Source: Clostridiales bacterium
Lineage (GTDB): Bacteria > Bacillota > Clostridia > Monoglobales > WRBX01
DNA length: 64,000 nucleotides
Reading direction: 5' to 3'
Assembly: GCA_031261985.1 (NCBI GenBank)
Contig: JAISIR010000003.1
Span: forward strand, 26,924 to 90,923
Shown here: one piece after another, positions 17,148 through 27,761 of the stretch
Numbering within the stretch: position 1 is the stretch's first letter
Layout: each line of letters begins with the position of its first letter
Notes under the pieces: model-generated
Seen by the model: the letters and a program-made list of their open reading frames with translations, nothing else
Told to the model about the DNA's origin: nothing
Databases searched by the model: none
Position numbers and translations under genes: made by a program

Positions 17148-18050
17148 GTGGTGTTTCAATTGGCAAAATTCCCTAACAATTTAGATGTTATCTTAAAAGA
17201 CATCCCAGCACGCGATAAAAAGGCGGTTTTAGCCATTAAAAAGACCGACCCCGTTACCTTTGACCATGTTTGCGGTGTTGTCGAAACTGCCTATTTAATT
17301 GCCGATAATATCCAAAAACAAGGTATTAAAATAGATATGACCGCCGTTGTTCATGGCGCCCTGCTTCACGATATCGGCAAATGCGAGATAGACCCTACCA
17401 TGCTTCACTCGCCCGCCTGGCTTAACGACGAAGAAAGACGAGTTATGTCTAGCCATGTGCAATTAACCGCCGATTATATGGAAGGCAAGAACAATATATC
17501 ACCCCTTGCCAAAGATGTCGCCATTTATCACCACGAAAAACTAAGCGGCGGCGGAACATATGGCGTTAAACAATTACCCATCGAGGTAAGCATTGTAAGC
17601 GTTGCCGATGTATTCGATGCTCTAACTAAATATCGTTCGTATAAAGATGCAATGGAGCCAGAAGAAGCAATAGCCAAAATAAAAAAAGACACTATTGCAG
17701 GCGACTTCCCCGAAAGAGTTGCCGTTGCGCTAGAAAAGGTTAACCCTAAAATTAAAGGTTTAACTAAACAAGTAGTAGACGCGCACACAATTTTTTCTGC
17801 ATCTGGCGAGACCATTCCTAAACGAAAAATTAAAAGAATGAATAAAGAAGAAATTAAAGACACAATTGCTTACTTAAAAGATAATAAGTTCTTCGATTTA
17901 TTACAACTTCAGCATCGGACTAAAATTTCAAATGCGCTTACCGTTATTAACGATACAAAGAAGCGGAACACCATTATCAACATTCCTATAAATCAACACG
18001 GTAAACCAGTTGGCAAAATAACACCAATAAACGGAGGCGTTTTACAATGA
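17148..18050 (+). CDS. HD-GYP-type phosphohydrolase domain protein
   Basis: 'HGALLHDIGK' and 'HHEKLSGGGTYG' (degenerate HHExxDGxGYP). The exact start codon is uncertain. Confidence 0.65.
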   Translation: MVFQLAKFPNNLDVILKDIPARDKKAVLAIKKTDPVTFDHVCGVVETAYLIADNIQKQGIKIDMTAVVHGALLHDIGKCEIDPTMLHSPAWLNDEERRVMSSHVQLTADYMEGKNNISPLAKDVAIYHHEKLSGGGTYGVKQLPIEVSIVSVADVFDALTKYRSYKDAMEPEEAIAKIKKDTIAGDFPERVAVALEKVNPKIKGLTKQVVDAHTIFSASGETIPKRKIKRMNKEEIKDTIAYLKDNKFFDLLQLQHRTKISNALTVINDTKKRNTIINIPINQHGKPVGKITPINGGVLQ

Positions 18051-18571
18051 GCCATATAACAAATCAATTACGCGTCAGTAAAAAAAGGGAAAAAGCAATT
18101 AAAAAAGCACAAAGAATAAACCCTAATTTTAAAGAAATGGAAGCGAAATGCGAAGCTTTATGGGAATTAAAAGTTAGCTTGGTAGATAGCAATGAACAAA
18201 GCGACGGAAAATGGGAAGGCGGGCAACCAGATTCTAAAGCAACTATATATTCAGGCGAGCAAGAATATGTCCCCTTTGGCTCGTACATAACCGAGAAGCT
18301 AGGTATTACCGAGTCTATTATTATAGTGCCTCAAGAGTTCGATAACGTAGGCGACCGCGCATTTCATATAGAAATCCGTAAGCCGGGTGAAAAAGTAAAA
18401 ATAGGTCACACCCGTGAAGATAAAATGGACGCCACCGTTCTTACATATCTATCTGATAGCCTAGAGTTCTTTAATAGTAAACAGAATGTGCATGATAAAT
18501 CTACTCAAAACGCACGCGTCGAAGCCGCAATAAAAGCAACTCAAGCCAAAATAACCCCAAGGCAAATATAA
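18047..18571 (+). CDS. Hypothetical protein, translationally coupled to the HD-GYP gene
   Basis: ATGA start/stop overlap. No recognisable motif. Confidence 0.45.
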   Translation: MSHITNQLRVSKKREKAIKKAQRINPNFKEMEAKCEALWELKVSLVDSNEQSDGKWEGGQPDSKATIYSGEQEYVPFGSYITEKLGITESIIIVPQEFDNVGDRAFHIEIRKPGEKVKIGHTREDKMDATVLTYLSDSLEFFNSKQNVHDKSTQNARVEAAIKATQAKITPRQI

Positions 18572-18576
18572 CAAAC

Positions 18577-18607
18577 AAAAAATCCTTGAAATTCAAGGAT
18601 TTTTTTA
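18577..18607. terminator. Bidirectional intrinsic terminator
   Basis: AAAAAATCCTTGAA / TTCAAGGATTTTTT. Confidence 0.8.
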
Positions 18608-18626
18608 TAGGTTCAACTTATTATAT

Positions 18627-21600
18627 TCAATCAGTTTTAATTACATTTTCTATCATATTAAATAACGTCTGAGCTGTCTCGGCACGTGTTGCTGTGTTAT
18701 ATGGGTCGAACAAATTATTCAACCGCCCCTTCATAACACTCAAATTTTTAAGGAACAACACATTATCTCTCGCCCAAAGCGCAATATCGTTATCATCATC
18801 AAACGTATGAGGTAGCAAGGAATCATCATCTTTAATACCCTTATATCGTAAATAATTAGCAATAATCGTCGCCATTTCTTCGCGAGTTATGTTTTGCTCG
18901 GGTTTAAAAGTGCCATCACCATACCCTAAAATAATACCGTTTGCCGCACCCCATGCAACGCTCTTGGTATACCAAGTATCGCTGGCTACATCGCTAAACT
19001 CAGCATCAGGCGCACCCACAGGCTCACCCTCTAACCGCCAAAGAATAGTCGCTATCATGGCACGCGTTGTCGACATATCTGGTTCAAAATATGTATTGCT
19101 TGTGCCAATCATTAAATTATTATTAACCGCATACGCAATTGGCGCACTAAACCACGCATCAAGCGGAACGTCTGCAAACAAAGGAGTGTCTAGGCCGGGC
19201 CCAGGCGCAGGGCTAGGTTTTACGATAGGGCTAGGTGATGGCGAAGGACTCGGGCGTGGTCTAGAACCACCTCTGCCACCAATGTCATCTGTTGATGGGG
19301 CGTCAACATCCCACACAATTTGGCTTTCGGTATATCCAATGCTAGTGAACGCCGCAAAAACTTGAGCCTTTGTTAACGCACTTGTCCCGGTAAGATACAC
19401 ATAATCCCAACCGTCGCCAAGCACTTCCTCGGCAGCTGCCGCCGCCTCAGCCGCTGTCATACCTGTGATATCGCGCACATCCTCAAGTTTATTATGGTTT
19501 ATCGCAATATCATCGGTATGTGCAAAAGCCTCACCAATTATTTCACTACTTGGAGGAGAAGAAAGCGTTCCGTATTTTATTAGGAGCCTATAGAGCGATT
19601 CATCACCATAATCGTCATCGTCTGGGTTAAATGTAACGGCTGCGCCATATGGGTAAACGCCGATAGCCACTTCGTAAAAATAGGAACCAATGTTACTCCA
19701 CTTTAGCGTTATATTTTCTACTTCATCAGGAACATCAAAGTTATAATACACCGTGGTAAAACCGTCGCCCGATGTGCCATTATCAGGCATACCAATGCCA
19801 ACATGTTCACTAAGAACACCGTCAAAATAGATATCAAACTTGCTGTCGTTATCCCAACCGTCGCCATTGCTGTCATCCATTGCGATTGTATATCGCGTTA
19901 CAGGCACAACACTTTCATTCGCACCGTTTACCACCAAAGGCACAGCGTTCGAGACCGCCCTGCCCGCACTATTTTCCGCAAAGTATCGCAAGGTGTACCC
20001 ATCATGACGAGGATAGCTAGCGATATTGCGGTCAAGCACCGTCCAAGTCTCGTCGTCCGCACTTATCTCCCAGCCGACATCGGTTTCAGCACCCGATGGG
20101 TCAGCCGCACCAAACGTAACTTGCGGCGCTGTTAAATTTAGCGGGTCACCATGATTATACGCAGCCGGAGCATCGATATCTTCCAGCGTAGGCGCCTGGT
20201 ACACATAACGCCCACCAAAGACGATTTCACCAGAGTCGTCAACCGTCCAAGTGCGATATCTTGTCATAGCATACGCCATATCATAGCCAGCGTGCTCAGC
20301 GGTCAGCGCGGCACCTTTCCACATGCCACCAGTTCCAGGTGTGTCATCGTTTAGCCTTTCAACAGCATTGCCCGCAATCGCATCAGCATTCGTTAAAAAC
20401 CCAAGGTTCGCATCAAGCTTGTAATGATAATCGCTATCAAGGATTAAATTAAGCGCATGCCCAAAAAAGTCGCCGCCATCATATTCTCCCGCCGTGCCAC
20501 CGTTATTAAACTCATTGCCAATATAAAGATTGTTCACCACGCTATCGTTTACAACAAGCCCAGCTATACCACCTTTGTGGCTTCGATAATCTCCGCCACC
20601 GCCTACTTCAGCCAAATTAATGCTGATATCCGAGTATTCATAATCTGCAAAGTTATTAAGCAAGCAGAATTCCGACAATTCCTGAGTAGCCGAGGTAAAC
20701 CCTGCAATGCCACCGACAGCCATAATTGCTGTGCCATCGTCCGATAGATTCCCCTCAAGCTCAACAGATGAATAACAGCTAGTCACAACGCTGTCATAGT
20801 TCCAGCCGACAATGCCACCGACATACGCACCATAATCCGCGCCACCGTTATTATTATAACTATCACAAGGCACGTTATCCGCGGTGGCAGAGATAAGCCC
20901 AACGCCACCTCCATTATCTATATCGCCATACACTTCGCAATCGGTAAGGATAGCATTGCCCGATGTATATCCCACAATCCCGCCGACAACCGAAACGTTC
21001 ATATATTCGCTATCCATCGCCCTATCGTCAACTGTCAGCACAGGCTCTTCTACATTTACTTGCTTAATTTTCGCGCCGTCATACACGCCACCCGCCACCG
21101 AGCCAACATAGATGTTTGTAAACTCATCTACATAGTATGGTTTTGCATCAACCGTGACTTTTGGGCTTATTAGCGTAAAATCTTGCACGGTGCCACCGGT
21201 AATAGAAAGGAACAACCCACCACCTAGGTAGTCGTCGCTATTTGAAATGGGCATATCGTCTTCATCAGCGGCGTGGTATGTTGTATTTTCTACCTGCAAG
21301 CCCTCGATAGTATGCCCGTTACCGTTAAAGTTAGCATTCCACAGCACCCCTGGCATCCACAGATGAGCAGAAAGGTCGAGGTCGGCGCACAGCTCCACCG
21401 TAAAGCCCGCCCAATCCCACGGGTAGTCGGCTGATTCATACGCAAAGAGAGCAAACTCCTCTTCGTTATCTATGTATAACGTGGTTTCAACTTCTGCGCC
21501 ATCAGATTGCAGAAAGTCCATAATGTCATCAATATCCGCAGGGGTCTGCACATGTTCGCCACCCTCAAAATTGTCGGCGCGATTATCCTCATCCTGCCAA

Positions 21601-22397
21601 TAATCGGGAACGTGCGTCACTTTTAGATAACGCTCGTAGTCGTACGTGTAAAAATCCAATTCATCGCCGCGCAACATTTCAGGGTCTGCCGAAGTAACGC
21701 CTGCTTCCCATTCAAAATTCGGGCGCAGGGTGTTAATAGAGGTGCCAATAGCATAGCTTCCCGTCGCCTCGCCGCCTTGAGCGGTAATAGAACCAGTGTC
21801 AAGATTAATCCCCAAACCTATGCCGACAGAATAACCTGCTACTCCAAACACATCTCCGCCTGTAAAAGTTAGCTGCGGGCCGAGTATATTAACACTAGCA
21901 AAAACCTCTGCATAAAACCCTGTCGATTTCAAATTAGGCCCTGTGGCATCGGGCGCCGTTGCCGATAGCGCACCACTGCCAATAAAATTTAGCACACAGT
22001 CAGGTGACAAACTCGAAAAAATACCATATGTATCAGTCGCATAACCATAATCAGAAGCAAACGAGCTTTCGCTGCCCGTCGGCAAAGCGATATTAACAGC
22101 GCCAGAAAAGGTGTGGGCAATCTCGAATAAGATTTCCGCCGAAGAGGTAAAGTTAAAATTAATCAGCGTCAGCGTTTGAGAGGTTGCGTCCCACGTCCAA
22201 TTTTCGCCCTCACCTTGCGTGAACGCCGCGCCTCCAAAACCTCGCCTAAGCCCAGTCGAATCAAGATAAAGCGTGTAATCGCCACTAATTGATAACTCGC
22301 TTGGCAAACCTGCCGCCTGCACCGTCAAGGTAAACATAGGCATAAGCGAGAGTACCATTGCCAATATAATCAAACTGCTAGTTAGTTTTTTAAACAT
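18627..22397 (-). CDS. Large cell-surface protein with GLUG-like repeats and three C-terminal SLH domains
   Basis: Signal peptide 'LTVQAAG'. Repeated 'VGGIVGY / VGGIAGF / KGGIAGL' motifs, a PSPSPSP linker, and SLH repeats 'FADVPLDAWFSAPIAYAV', 'FSDVASDTWYTKSVAWGA', 'TRAETAQTLFNMIE'. Confidence 0.8.
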   Translation of the reverse strand: MFKKLTSSLIILAMVLSLMPMFTLTVQAAGLPSELSISGDYTLYLDSTGLRRGFGGAAFTQGEGENWTWDATSQTLTLINFNFTSSAEILFEIAHTFSGAVNIALPTGSESSFASDYGYATDTYGIFSSLSPDCVLNFIGSGALSATAPDATGPNLKSTGFYAEVFASVNILGPQLTFTGGDVFGVAGYSVGIGLGINLDTGSITAQGGEATGSYAIGTSINTLRPNFEWEAGVTSADPEMLRGDELDFYTYDYERYLKVTHVPDYWQDEDNRADNFEGGEHVQTPADIDDIMDFLQSDGAEVETTLYIDNEEEFALFAYESADYPWDWAGFTVELCADLDLSAHLWMPGVLWNANFNGNGHTIEGLQVENTTYHAADEDDMPISNSDDYLGGGLFLSITGGTVQDFTLISPKVTVDAKPYYVDEFTNIYVGSVAGGVYDGAKIKQVNVEEPVLTVDDRAMDSEYMNVSVVGGIVGYTSGNAILTDCEVYGDIDNGGGVGLISATADNVPCDSYNNNGGADYGAYVGGIVGWNYDSVVTSCYSSVELEGNLSDDGTAIMAVGGIAGFTSATQELSEFCLLNNFADYEYSDISINLAEVGGGGDYRSHKGGIAGLVVNDSVVNNLYIGNEFNNGGTAGEYDGGDFFGHALNLILDSDYHYKLDANLGFLTNADAIAGNAVERLNDDTPGTGGMWKGAALTAEHAGYDMAYAMTRYRTWTVDDSGEIVFGGRYVYQAPTLEDIDAPAAYNHGDPLNLTAPQVTFGAADPSGAETDVGWEISADDETWTVLDRNIASYPRHDGYTLRYFAENSAGRAVSNAVPLVVNGANESVVPVTRYTIAMDDSNGDGWDNDSKFDIYFDGVLSEHVGIGMPDNGTSGDGFTTVYYNFDVPDEVENITLKWSNIGSYFYEVAIGVYPYGAAVTFNPDDDDYGDESLYRLLIKYGTLSSPPSSEIIGEAFAHTDDIAINHNKLEDVRDITGMTAAEAAAAAEEVLGDGWDYVYLTGTSALTKAQVFAAFTSIGYTESQIVWDVDAPSTDDIGGRGGSRPRPSPSPSPSPIVKPSPAPGPGLDTPLFADVPLDAWFSAPIAYAVNNNLMIGTSNTYFEPDMSTTRAMIATILWRLEGEPVGAPDAEFSDVASDTWYTKSVAWGAANGIILGYGDGTFKPEQNITREEMATIIANYLRYKGIKDDDSLLPHTFDDDNDIALWARDNVLFLKNLSVMKGRLNNLFDPYNTATRAETAQTLFNMIENVIKTD

Positions 22398-22440
22398 TAT
22401 ACCGCTTCCTTTTATGAAAAGATATATATAAATACGCTTC

Positions 22441-22518
22441 AGCGGAATGAATCCGCTTTCGCTTCTAAAGTTATTTGGATATTTTCGGCGACAAGCTGCC
22501 GAAAAATTTTTTATATAA
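22441..22518 (-). repeat. Family H1 two-hairpin repeat in the 5' UTR of the SLH gene
   Basis: Reverse complement matches the H1 architecture (CGGCAGCTTGTCGCCG hairpin plus GCGGATTCATTCCGC hairpin). Confidence 0.8.
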
Positions 22519-22699
22519 TCTCAAAAAAATTAAGGAACGAACTCAAGTTGCAATATAGTTGCCCATGGTTCCACTCCTTATAGTATAATTATACATAAAG
22601 CTACACAAAAAGTCAACAAAACCTAAAATAATGTAACAAAAATGTAATAAAAAAACGCCTGTTTTCACAAGCGTTTTTAAAAATGAACATTGAAGAGTA

Positions 22700-23344
22700 T
22701 TAATATGCTACATATTCTGTATCATCTTCGGTAGAAATTGTGTATTGGTCTACAAGGAACAGCTTAATATCATCTTTACCCTCGCGTTTAATAAATATAA
22801 ACGCGCCGTCACTTTCGGTAGAATATGTCCCTCGCTCGGTCTCGCCATCACGCACAACATCGCATAAGCCATTGTTCTCGAATAAATAATACGAGCCACC
22901 GTCATAATCGGCATTTTTATAATACTCTACACCTGTTCTAAGCGCAACGTCTTTGTAAGGGCTTTCGCCTTCACCATAAAATACTTTGTTATTAAAAATC
23001 AAAGTAGTCTTGCCGTCCTCTTCACTAACCGAAACAACAAATTTGCCCGCTTCTTTAGAGGTAATATAGATATTGCCTTCTTCTTTAACTTTACCTTTAA
23101 ACTTTGCGCGAATCTGGTTAGATTCAGGTAAATCGCCAATTGGCATACCAGGGATAGAGTTAAAATCGACCGTGCCATCTTCATTAAACATTATGCCATT
23201 ACCGTTAGGATATCCCTCTTGATAATACCACATACCAGTTGTAACATTGCCGATATCGCCATACCCGCCACAGCCAGTTAAAAATAATGGAGCAAATAAC
23301 GCCACCGCTAAAAACAAAATGGTTTTAGAATTTTTTAATTTCAT
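22700..23344 (-). CDS. Lipoprotein, unknown function
   Basis: Lipobox 'FLTGCGG' after a signal peptide. Confidence 0.65.
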   Translation of the reverse strand: MKLKNSKTILFLAVALFAPLFLTGCGGYGDIGNVTTGMWYYQEGYPNGNGIMFNEDGTVDFNSIPGMPIGDLPESNQIRAKFKGKVKEEGNIYITSKEAGKFVVSVSEEDGKTTLIFNNKVFYGEGESPYKDVALRTGVEYYKNADYDGGSYYLFENNGLCDVVRDGETERGTYSTESDGAFIFIKREGKDDIKLFLVDQYTISTEDDTEYVAY

Positions 23345-23520
23345 AATTCTCCTCCTTGATAAAATTATTACTCCTATATTTTAACAAATATGATTTTAAA
23401 TGTCAATATTAAAAAAGCTAAATTTTACATAAACTTAACAATAAAGGCGAATAACACGTTGACATTCCTTGATTTTTATGGTATAATAGGTTTGTTACAA
23501 TCTAAGGGGGAGCAATTTTT

Positions 23521-24399
23521 ATGTCTTTAAACTCACTGCAAAATTTTTCTAAACCAAATAAACCAACAAGCGTTGCTGTTTCTAACGACGCAAGCAATTC
23601 TATTAAACGTCTGTCAAACTCTGTTAATTCTAGTAATCCCATTACAATTGGCGACAACTTAAAACAACGCGCACTTGCAAAAATTAATTCTGGCGAGGCG
23701 GGTAAACTTAAAGAGCTAGCTTACGACGAGGCAGAGCTTGTGTTTTTATTGGACGAAACAGGGTCTATAATTAATCAAGATGCCGACAATATTGCACAAG
23801 GCAGGCCAAGCGTTATCTTAGGTACAACAAAAGCTGTTAATTATGTGCTAGATAAAGAACGGCAAAATTCTAAAAACACATTAGTAACCATTGCTCAGTT
23901 TAGCGAGGATATGCGAACAGTTTGCGACCGCGCACATATCTCTAATGTTAAACCGTTTTCTTTTGAGCCAACAGGTGGAAACACTAGAATTTACGAAAAC
24001 TTATACAAAAAAATCAAACAAACAATGGCAATGCGCGCAAGCGAGCATCATGCTAATAACAATGTGTTGTTTGCAATAATGACCGACGGGCACGATTCAT
24101 ACTCTAGTTCTGCTCCGCAAGAATTACGCGACCTTATTAAAAAAAGTGGGTATAAATATATCCTGTTAGCAGAGGAAACACTAAATATTGCCTGGTTTGC
24201 TAACGATTTAGGCATAAATCAAAGCAACGCTGTTAGCTACTCTACCAAGGGTAAGTTTGGCGTTTCGGCAAACGGGCTTGCTATTTGCGCGGCAATCGAT
24301 GGTTTGCGCAAAACAGGCGATATACCTAAAAATTGGGCGCAAAATGTTATAGATAATAGAATCAACGACCCTTCTAAGCTACTAGGCAACAGGAAATAA
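23521..24399 (+). CDS. von Willebrand factor A (vWA) domain protein
   Basis: MIDAS elements 'LLDETGS', 'PTGGNT' and 'IMTDGHDS'. Confidence 0.65.
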   Translation: MSLNSLQNFSKPNKPTSVAVSNDASNSIKRLSNSVNSSNPITIGDNLKQRALAKINSGEAGKLKELAYDEAELVFLLDETGSIINQDADNIAQGRPSVILGTTKAVNYVLDKERQNSKNTLVTIAQFSEDMRTVCDRAHISNVKPFSFEPTGGNTRIYENLYKKIKQTMAMRASEHHANNNVLFAIMTDGHDSYSSSAPQELRDLIKKSGYKYILLAEETLNIAWFANDLGINQSNAVSYSTKGKFGVSANGLAICAAIDGLRKTGDIPKNWAQNVIDNRINDPSKLLGNRK

Positions 24400-24438
24400 T
24401 CGCAAAGCAAAGCATACACAAAAAAGGGGGGAGCCTTT

Positions 24439-26436
24439 TTGACACAGTGGCAACAAAGCTGGAAGGATTATTATAAAATATTAAATATAGCGCGAACCGC
24501 CGAGGCTAAAACTATCAAAAAGGCTTATCGTAAACTAGCCAAAAAGTATCACCCCGATATTAATCCTAACGATTCATCAGCCGAAGAAAACTTTAAACTT
24601 GTAAACGAAGCAAACGAATGCCTATCTAATGCAAGTTTAAAAAAAGAGTATGATGCTTCGTACGACGAATGGATACGTCTAGGCGAGCCAAAGCGTGAAG
24701 GCGATATCGGCAATTGGCAAGAGAATGTTAATAATTCTTACGCTGCCCCAAATAATGGCGATGCCGCAAACGCTCAAGCTAATTCATCTAGCCAATTCGA
24801 CGAGCAATTTTATGCAGAGGGCGAAGTATACCGTGAAGATATCCGCGCTTTTATAGATGAGTATTCTAAAGCATTCAATGATGCAATGGACGAAATCAAC
24901 CAAAAGTTAAACGATATAAACTACAACGATTATGAATCAGACTTTTTAGAACTAAGTAATTTTGCCGATGCTTTTGTTAAAAATTTGAAAGAGTATTTAG
25001 TGTATGCAAATCATTATGGCTTAGCAGAAGAAAAAACCGAGATAAACAATCTTATTAAAAAAACTAATCGGCGCACGTCAAAATTACAAACTAAAATTAG
25101 GCTGTTAAACACTACTCGTAAAATAGATGTTATGACACAAGAACTAAACGGAATTTTGTTCGATATGCCTAGCCTTTTAGAAGGAGTTTATACAGGAAAA
25201 GAAAATAACGAGAGCTATAGTAATAAGTATAATTTAATTTCGCAAAAGATGAAAGATTACCTTGCCGAACTAAACCCGCTTTTAGATATTCTCGACAAAG
25301 AAGGGTTCGTAAACGATTACCAAAAATTTGTTCGGCAAAAGGCAATTTTGCAGTTTCAGTTTAGAAGCATACCCAACTCTTTAGAGCATGCCTTAAAAGA
25401 CGTTAAAGTAGGCTCGCCGGGTGAAATGTATGGTCTAACGGTGTTTTGGGGTGCCAGCCACTCGTATATAAACGAGGATGCTAAAACTTATTATGGCATG
25501 CACTTTATAAAGAACTCTAATTTTAGAAGAAAGCACAATTTTATCAATTGTAGTTTTGATAGTAATTGCGACATAGCCGCTGGTTCAAACTTAACAAATT
25601 GCACTTTTGGCAGGTCGGTAAATATTAATTCCCATTTATATCCCGATGATGCACCCGACGAAGTTGACTTTGGCGAAGTAGTAAACAGCAGAATTATTAA
25701 TTGCAAATTTAGCAACGAAGCATTTATAGGCGGTTGCAATAAAGAGGGTCAAGGTATAACAGTTATTAATACTTCATTCGGAAGAGATTGCTCTTTAGGC
25801 GGCAACTCATTATTTACCGATTGTACTTTTGGCAGCAATTGCAAAGGCGGCTGGGGTGTCGATTACCCTATTTTTATAAACGGTGTTAAGTTCAAGAACC
25901 CTCCAACATCGGCGCATTCGTCTAGAAGTTCGGCTCAGCAAACGCAAAGCGGCAGTCAGCCGACGTTTAACACCTCGACCAGTTACGATTATAGCCCTTA
26001 TAACGACCCATACAACGATTTTTCTTACGGTTGGGAAGATATAGATGGCTGGCTACGATATACTAACTTTAAATCTAGCATTGTAGCACAAGCCGGGCAA
26101 AAGTTTTTATCTGGCGACCATACTATACAAATTGTAGAAGATGGAATACTAATTGACGGTGATGTGCCAAAGGTAAATGGAAAGCCTATAGATGTTTCGT
26201 TTTATGAACATCTAGACGGTAAAGAATACTTATGTTTTAAAAGAGAATGTATAGATTTTGCAGACAAAACTTTTTATTTTAACAACGAAAATGTTACGTA
26301 TAGAGATAAAACAAACGGCTTGATAATTTTTTTAGACCCATCGCCATATATATCTAATTCTTTTACACAAACAGCTCAGAACTCAGCTTCTAAGCCACAA
26401 AACAGCAACGCAAAATACGCAAGGAGGTTTATTTAA
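24439..26436 (+). CDS. J-domain (DnaJ-like) protein with a Cys/Asn-rich beta-helix-like repeat region
   Basis: 'DYYKILNIARTAEAKTIKKAYRKLAKKYHPDINP' (HPD motif). Later repeats 'NCSFDSNCDI / NCTFGRSVNI / NCKFSNEAFI / DCTFGSNCKG'. TTG start after AAGGGGGGAG. Confidence 0.7.
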   Translation: MTQWQQSWKDYYKILNIARTAEAKTIKKAYRKLAKKYHPDINPNDSSAEENFKLVNEANECLSNASLKKEYDASYDEWIRLGEPKREGDIGNWQENVNNSYAAPNNGDAANAQANSSSQFDEQFYAEGEVYREDIRAFIDEYSKAFNDAMDEINQKLNDINYNDYESDFLELSNFADAFVKNLKEYLVYANHYGLAEEKTEINNLIKKTNRRTSKLQTKIRLLNTTRKIDVMTQELNGILFDMPSLLEGVYTGKENNESYSNKYNLISQKMKDYLAELNPLLDILDKEGFVNDYQKFVRQKAILQFQFRSIPNSLEHALKDVKVGSPGEMYGLTVFWGASHSYINEDAKTYYGMHFIKNSNFRRKHNFINCSFDSNCDIAAGSNLTNCTFGRSVNINSHLYPDDAPDEVDFGEVVNSRIINCKFSNEAFIGGCNKEGQGITVINTSFGRDCSLGGNSLFTDCTFGSNCKGGWGVDYPIFINGVKFKNPPTSAHSSRSSAQQTQSGSQPTFNTSTSYDYSPYNDPYNDFSYGWEDIDGWLRYTNFKSSIVAQAGQKFLSGDHTIQIVEDGILIDGDVPKVNGKPIDVSFYEHLDGKEYLCFKRECIDFADKTFYFNNENVTYRDKTNGLIIFLDPSPYISNSFTQTAQNSASKPQNSNAKYARRFI

Positions 26437-27282
26437 ATGTTACCTTACAATAATCAAAACGAAAATTACGACCAAGACGGTGTTTCGCCTCAGGCAAGAT
26501 TAGCCGAGATGAATCGCAACCCATATAGCCGAGAATGGCGAATACCTAACGGGCCTCAACGTATAAAACCAATTAATAATCGAGTTTACAAGTTCTTTAT
26601 CGACGAGCATCAAGTTAGTGTAAGTAAAATGGACGAGAAAGACGGTATGGATGTTTTAATGGTACAAGTTGATGGTGCATCTTTACAAGTCTCGCGCTAT
26701 GATTTTAATTTCTTGTATTCATCTGATGGTTTTTTTGAAGTAAACCAAGAAGGTATTTTTACCACTCAAGACGATGTAACTTTTGAAAATGGCAATATAT
26801 ATTTTAATGGCAATTTAATTCGTCGCCCTACTAACCAAGTGACTAACGCTTATGGCAAGCCAACGGGCGACTGCCGAACGTATGCCGCCGACCGCCTTAG
26901 CGGCAAAATAGGCAAGCCAACCAACCCTAAAGAATGGTACCCAATAATCACTAGCGACATTACTAAAGAATATTGCCAAGTTGGCGAGGCAATTAATATT
27001 CTCGCACCGCTAATGAACCGAACAGTTGAACTTTTGCGTACCGAGGCAAAAGGCTTTAATGTTATTATCGACGATAAACTAGCAACGGTAAATGGCAAGC
27101 CAATAATGATTACATCTGGTGAAGGCGATGTTATATTTGGCAAAGATAAAGATGGAGATATCGCCATTAGCGGAATGACAGGTGATATCCTAAAAATCAA
27201 CGAGAATGCTACTCGAATTACCCTAAACGACGTTGCTGTTACTTGTAAAAACATGAATAACACTTTAAGCGCAACTAGGTAA
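26437..27282 (+). CDS. Hypothetical protein sharing a motif with the C-terminus of the J-domain protein
   Basis: The start abuts the stop of the upstream gene. 'VIIDDKLATVNGKPI' matches 'ILIDGDVPKVNGKPI' in the upstream protein. Confidence 0.5.
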   Translation: MLPYNNQNENYDQDGVSPQARLAEMNRNPYSREWRIPNGPQRIKPINNRVYKFFIDEHQVSVSKMDEKDGMDVLMVQVDGASLQVSRYDFNFLYSSDGFFEVNQEGIFTTQDDVTFENGNIYFNGNLIRRPTNQVTNAYGKPTGDCRTYAADRLSGKIGKPTNPKEWYPIITSDITKEYCQVGEAINILAPLMNRTVELLRTEAKGFNVIIDDKLATVNGKPIMITSGEGDVIFGKDKDGDIAISGMTGDILKINENATRITLNDVAVTCKNMNNTLSATR

Positions 27283-27290
27283 AACTCATT

Positions 27291-27320
27291 AAAAAAACGC
27301 CTTTATTATAGGCGTTTTTA
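27291..27320. terminator. Bidirectional intrinsic terminator
   Basis: AAAAACGCC / GGCGTTTTT. Confidence 0.8.
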
Positions 27321-27332
27321 ATATTTCAATTA

Positions 27333-27761
27333 CTATCGTCCAGGTCCCTTGCCGATATTCGGGTTCTTATTTAAATTAGAAGAACCATCGCGAATTCCGT
27401 CGAAAATTTGGCTAACGAGTTTTTCGTTATATAGCTCATTTGCCGTCGACAATAATTTTGAATATTTAGTAACCTTAGCTTTTTCTGCTTCCGTTAAATG
27501 CGGTTCAATGGTAGCATATTTTTCTTTAACGATAGCACAAAATTTGTCAAAGTCGTCTTTCGTAGCATTTAATTCTTTGCTTAACTCAAAAAGCGCAAAC
27601 TGGTTTTCGTCTCCCTTAAAATAATCGAAACAGATATTCGCCATTGCGGCATACATATCTTCAGATAAGCTGGCGCTAACAAAAACAAATAATTCATCGA
27701 CACTTTTGTCTGCATTCGGGTTTATTTCTTCGCGTGATTTAAGCGCTTCAGCAATATTCAT
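27333..27761 (-). CDS. Hypothetical protein (142 aa)
   Basis: GGGGGAG RBS. Promoter carries the shared TTAACACAAATTTAACATAA box (27828-27850). Confidence 0.5.
   Translation of the reverse strand: MNIAEALKSREEINPNADKSVDELFVFVSASLSEDMYAAMANICFDYFKGDENQFALFELSKELNATKDDFDKFCAIVKEKYATIEPHLTEAEKAKVTKYSKLLSTANELYNEKLVSQIFDGIRDGSSNLNKNPNIGKGPGR

Noticed and set aside
18889-21111. Plus-strand ORFs inside the SLH surface-protein gene
   Set aside because: They are antisense to a 1256-aa gene with a signal peptide and SLH domains. They have no RBSs.
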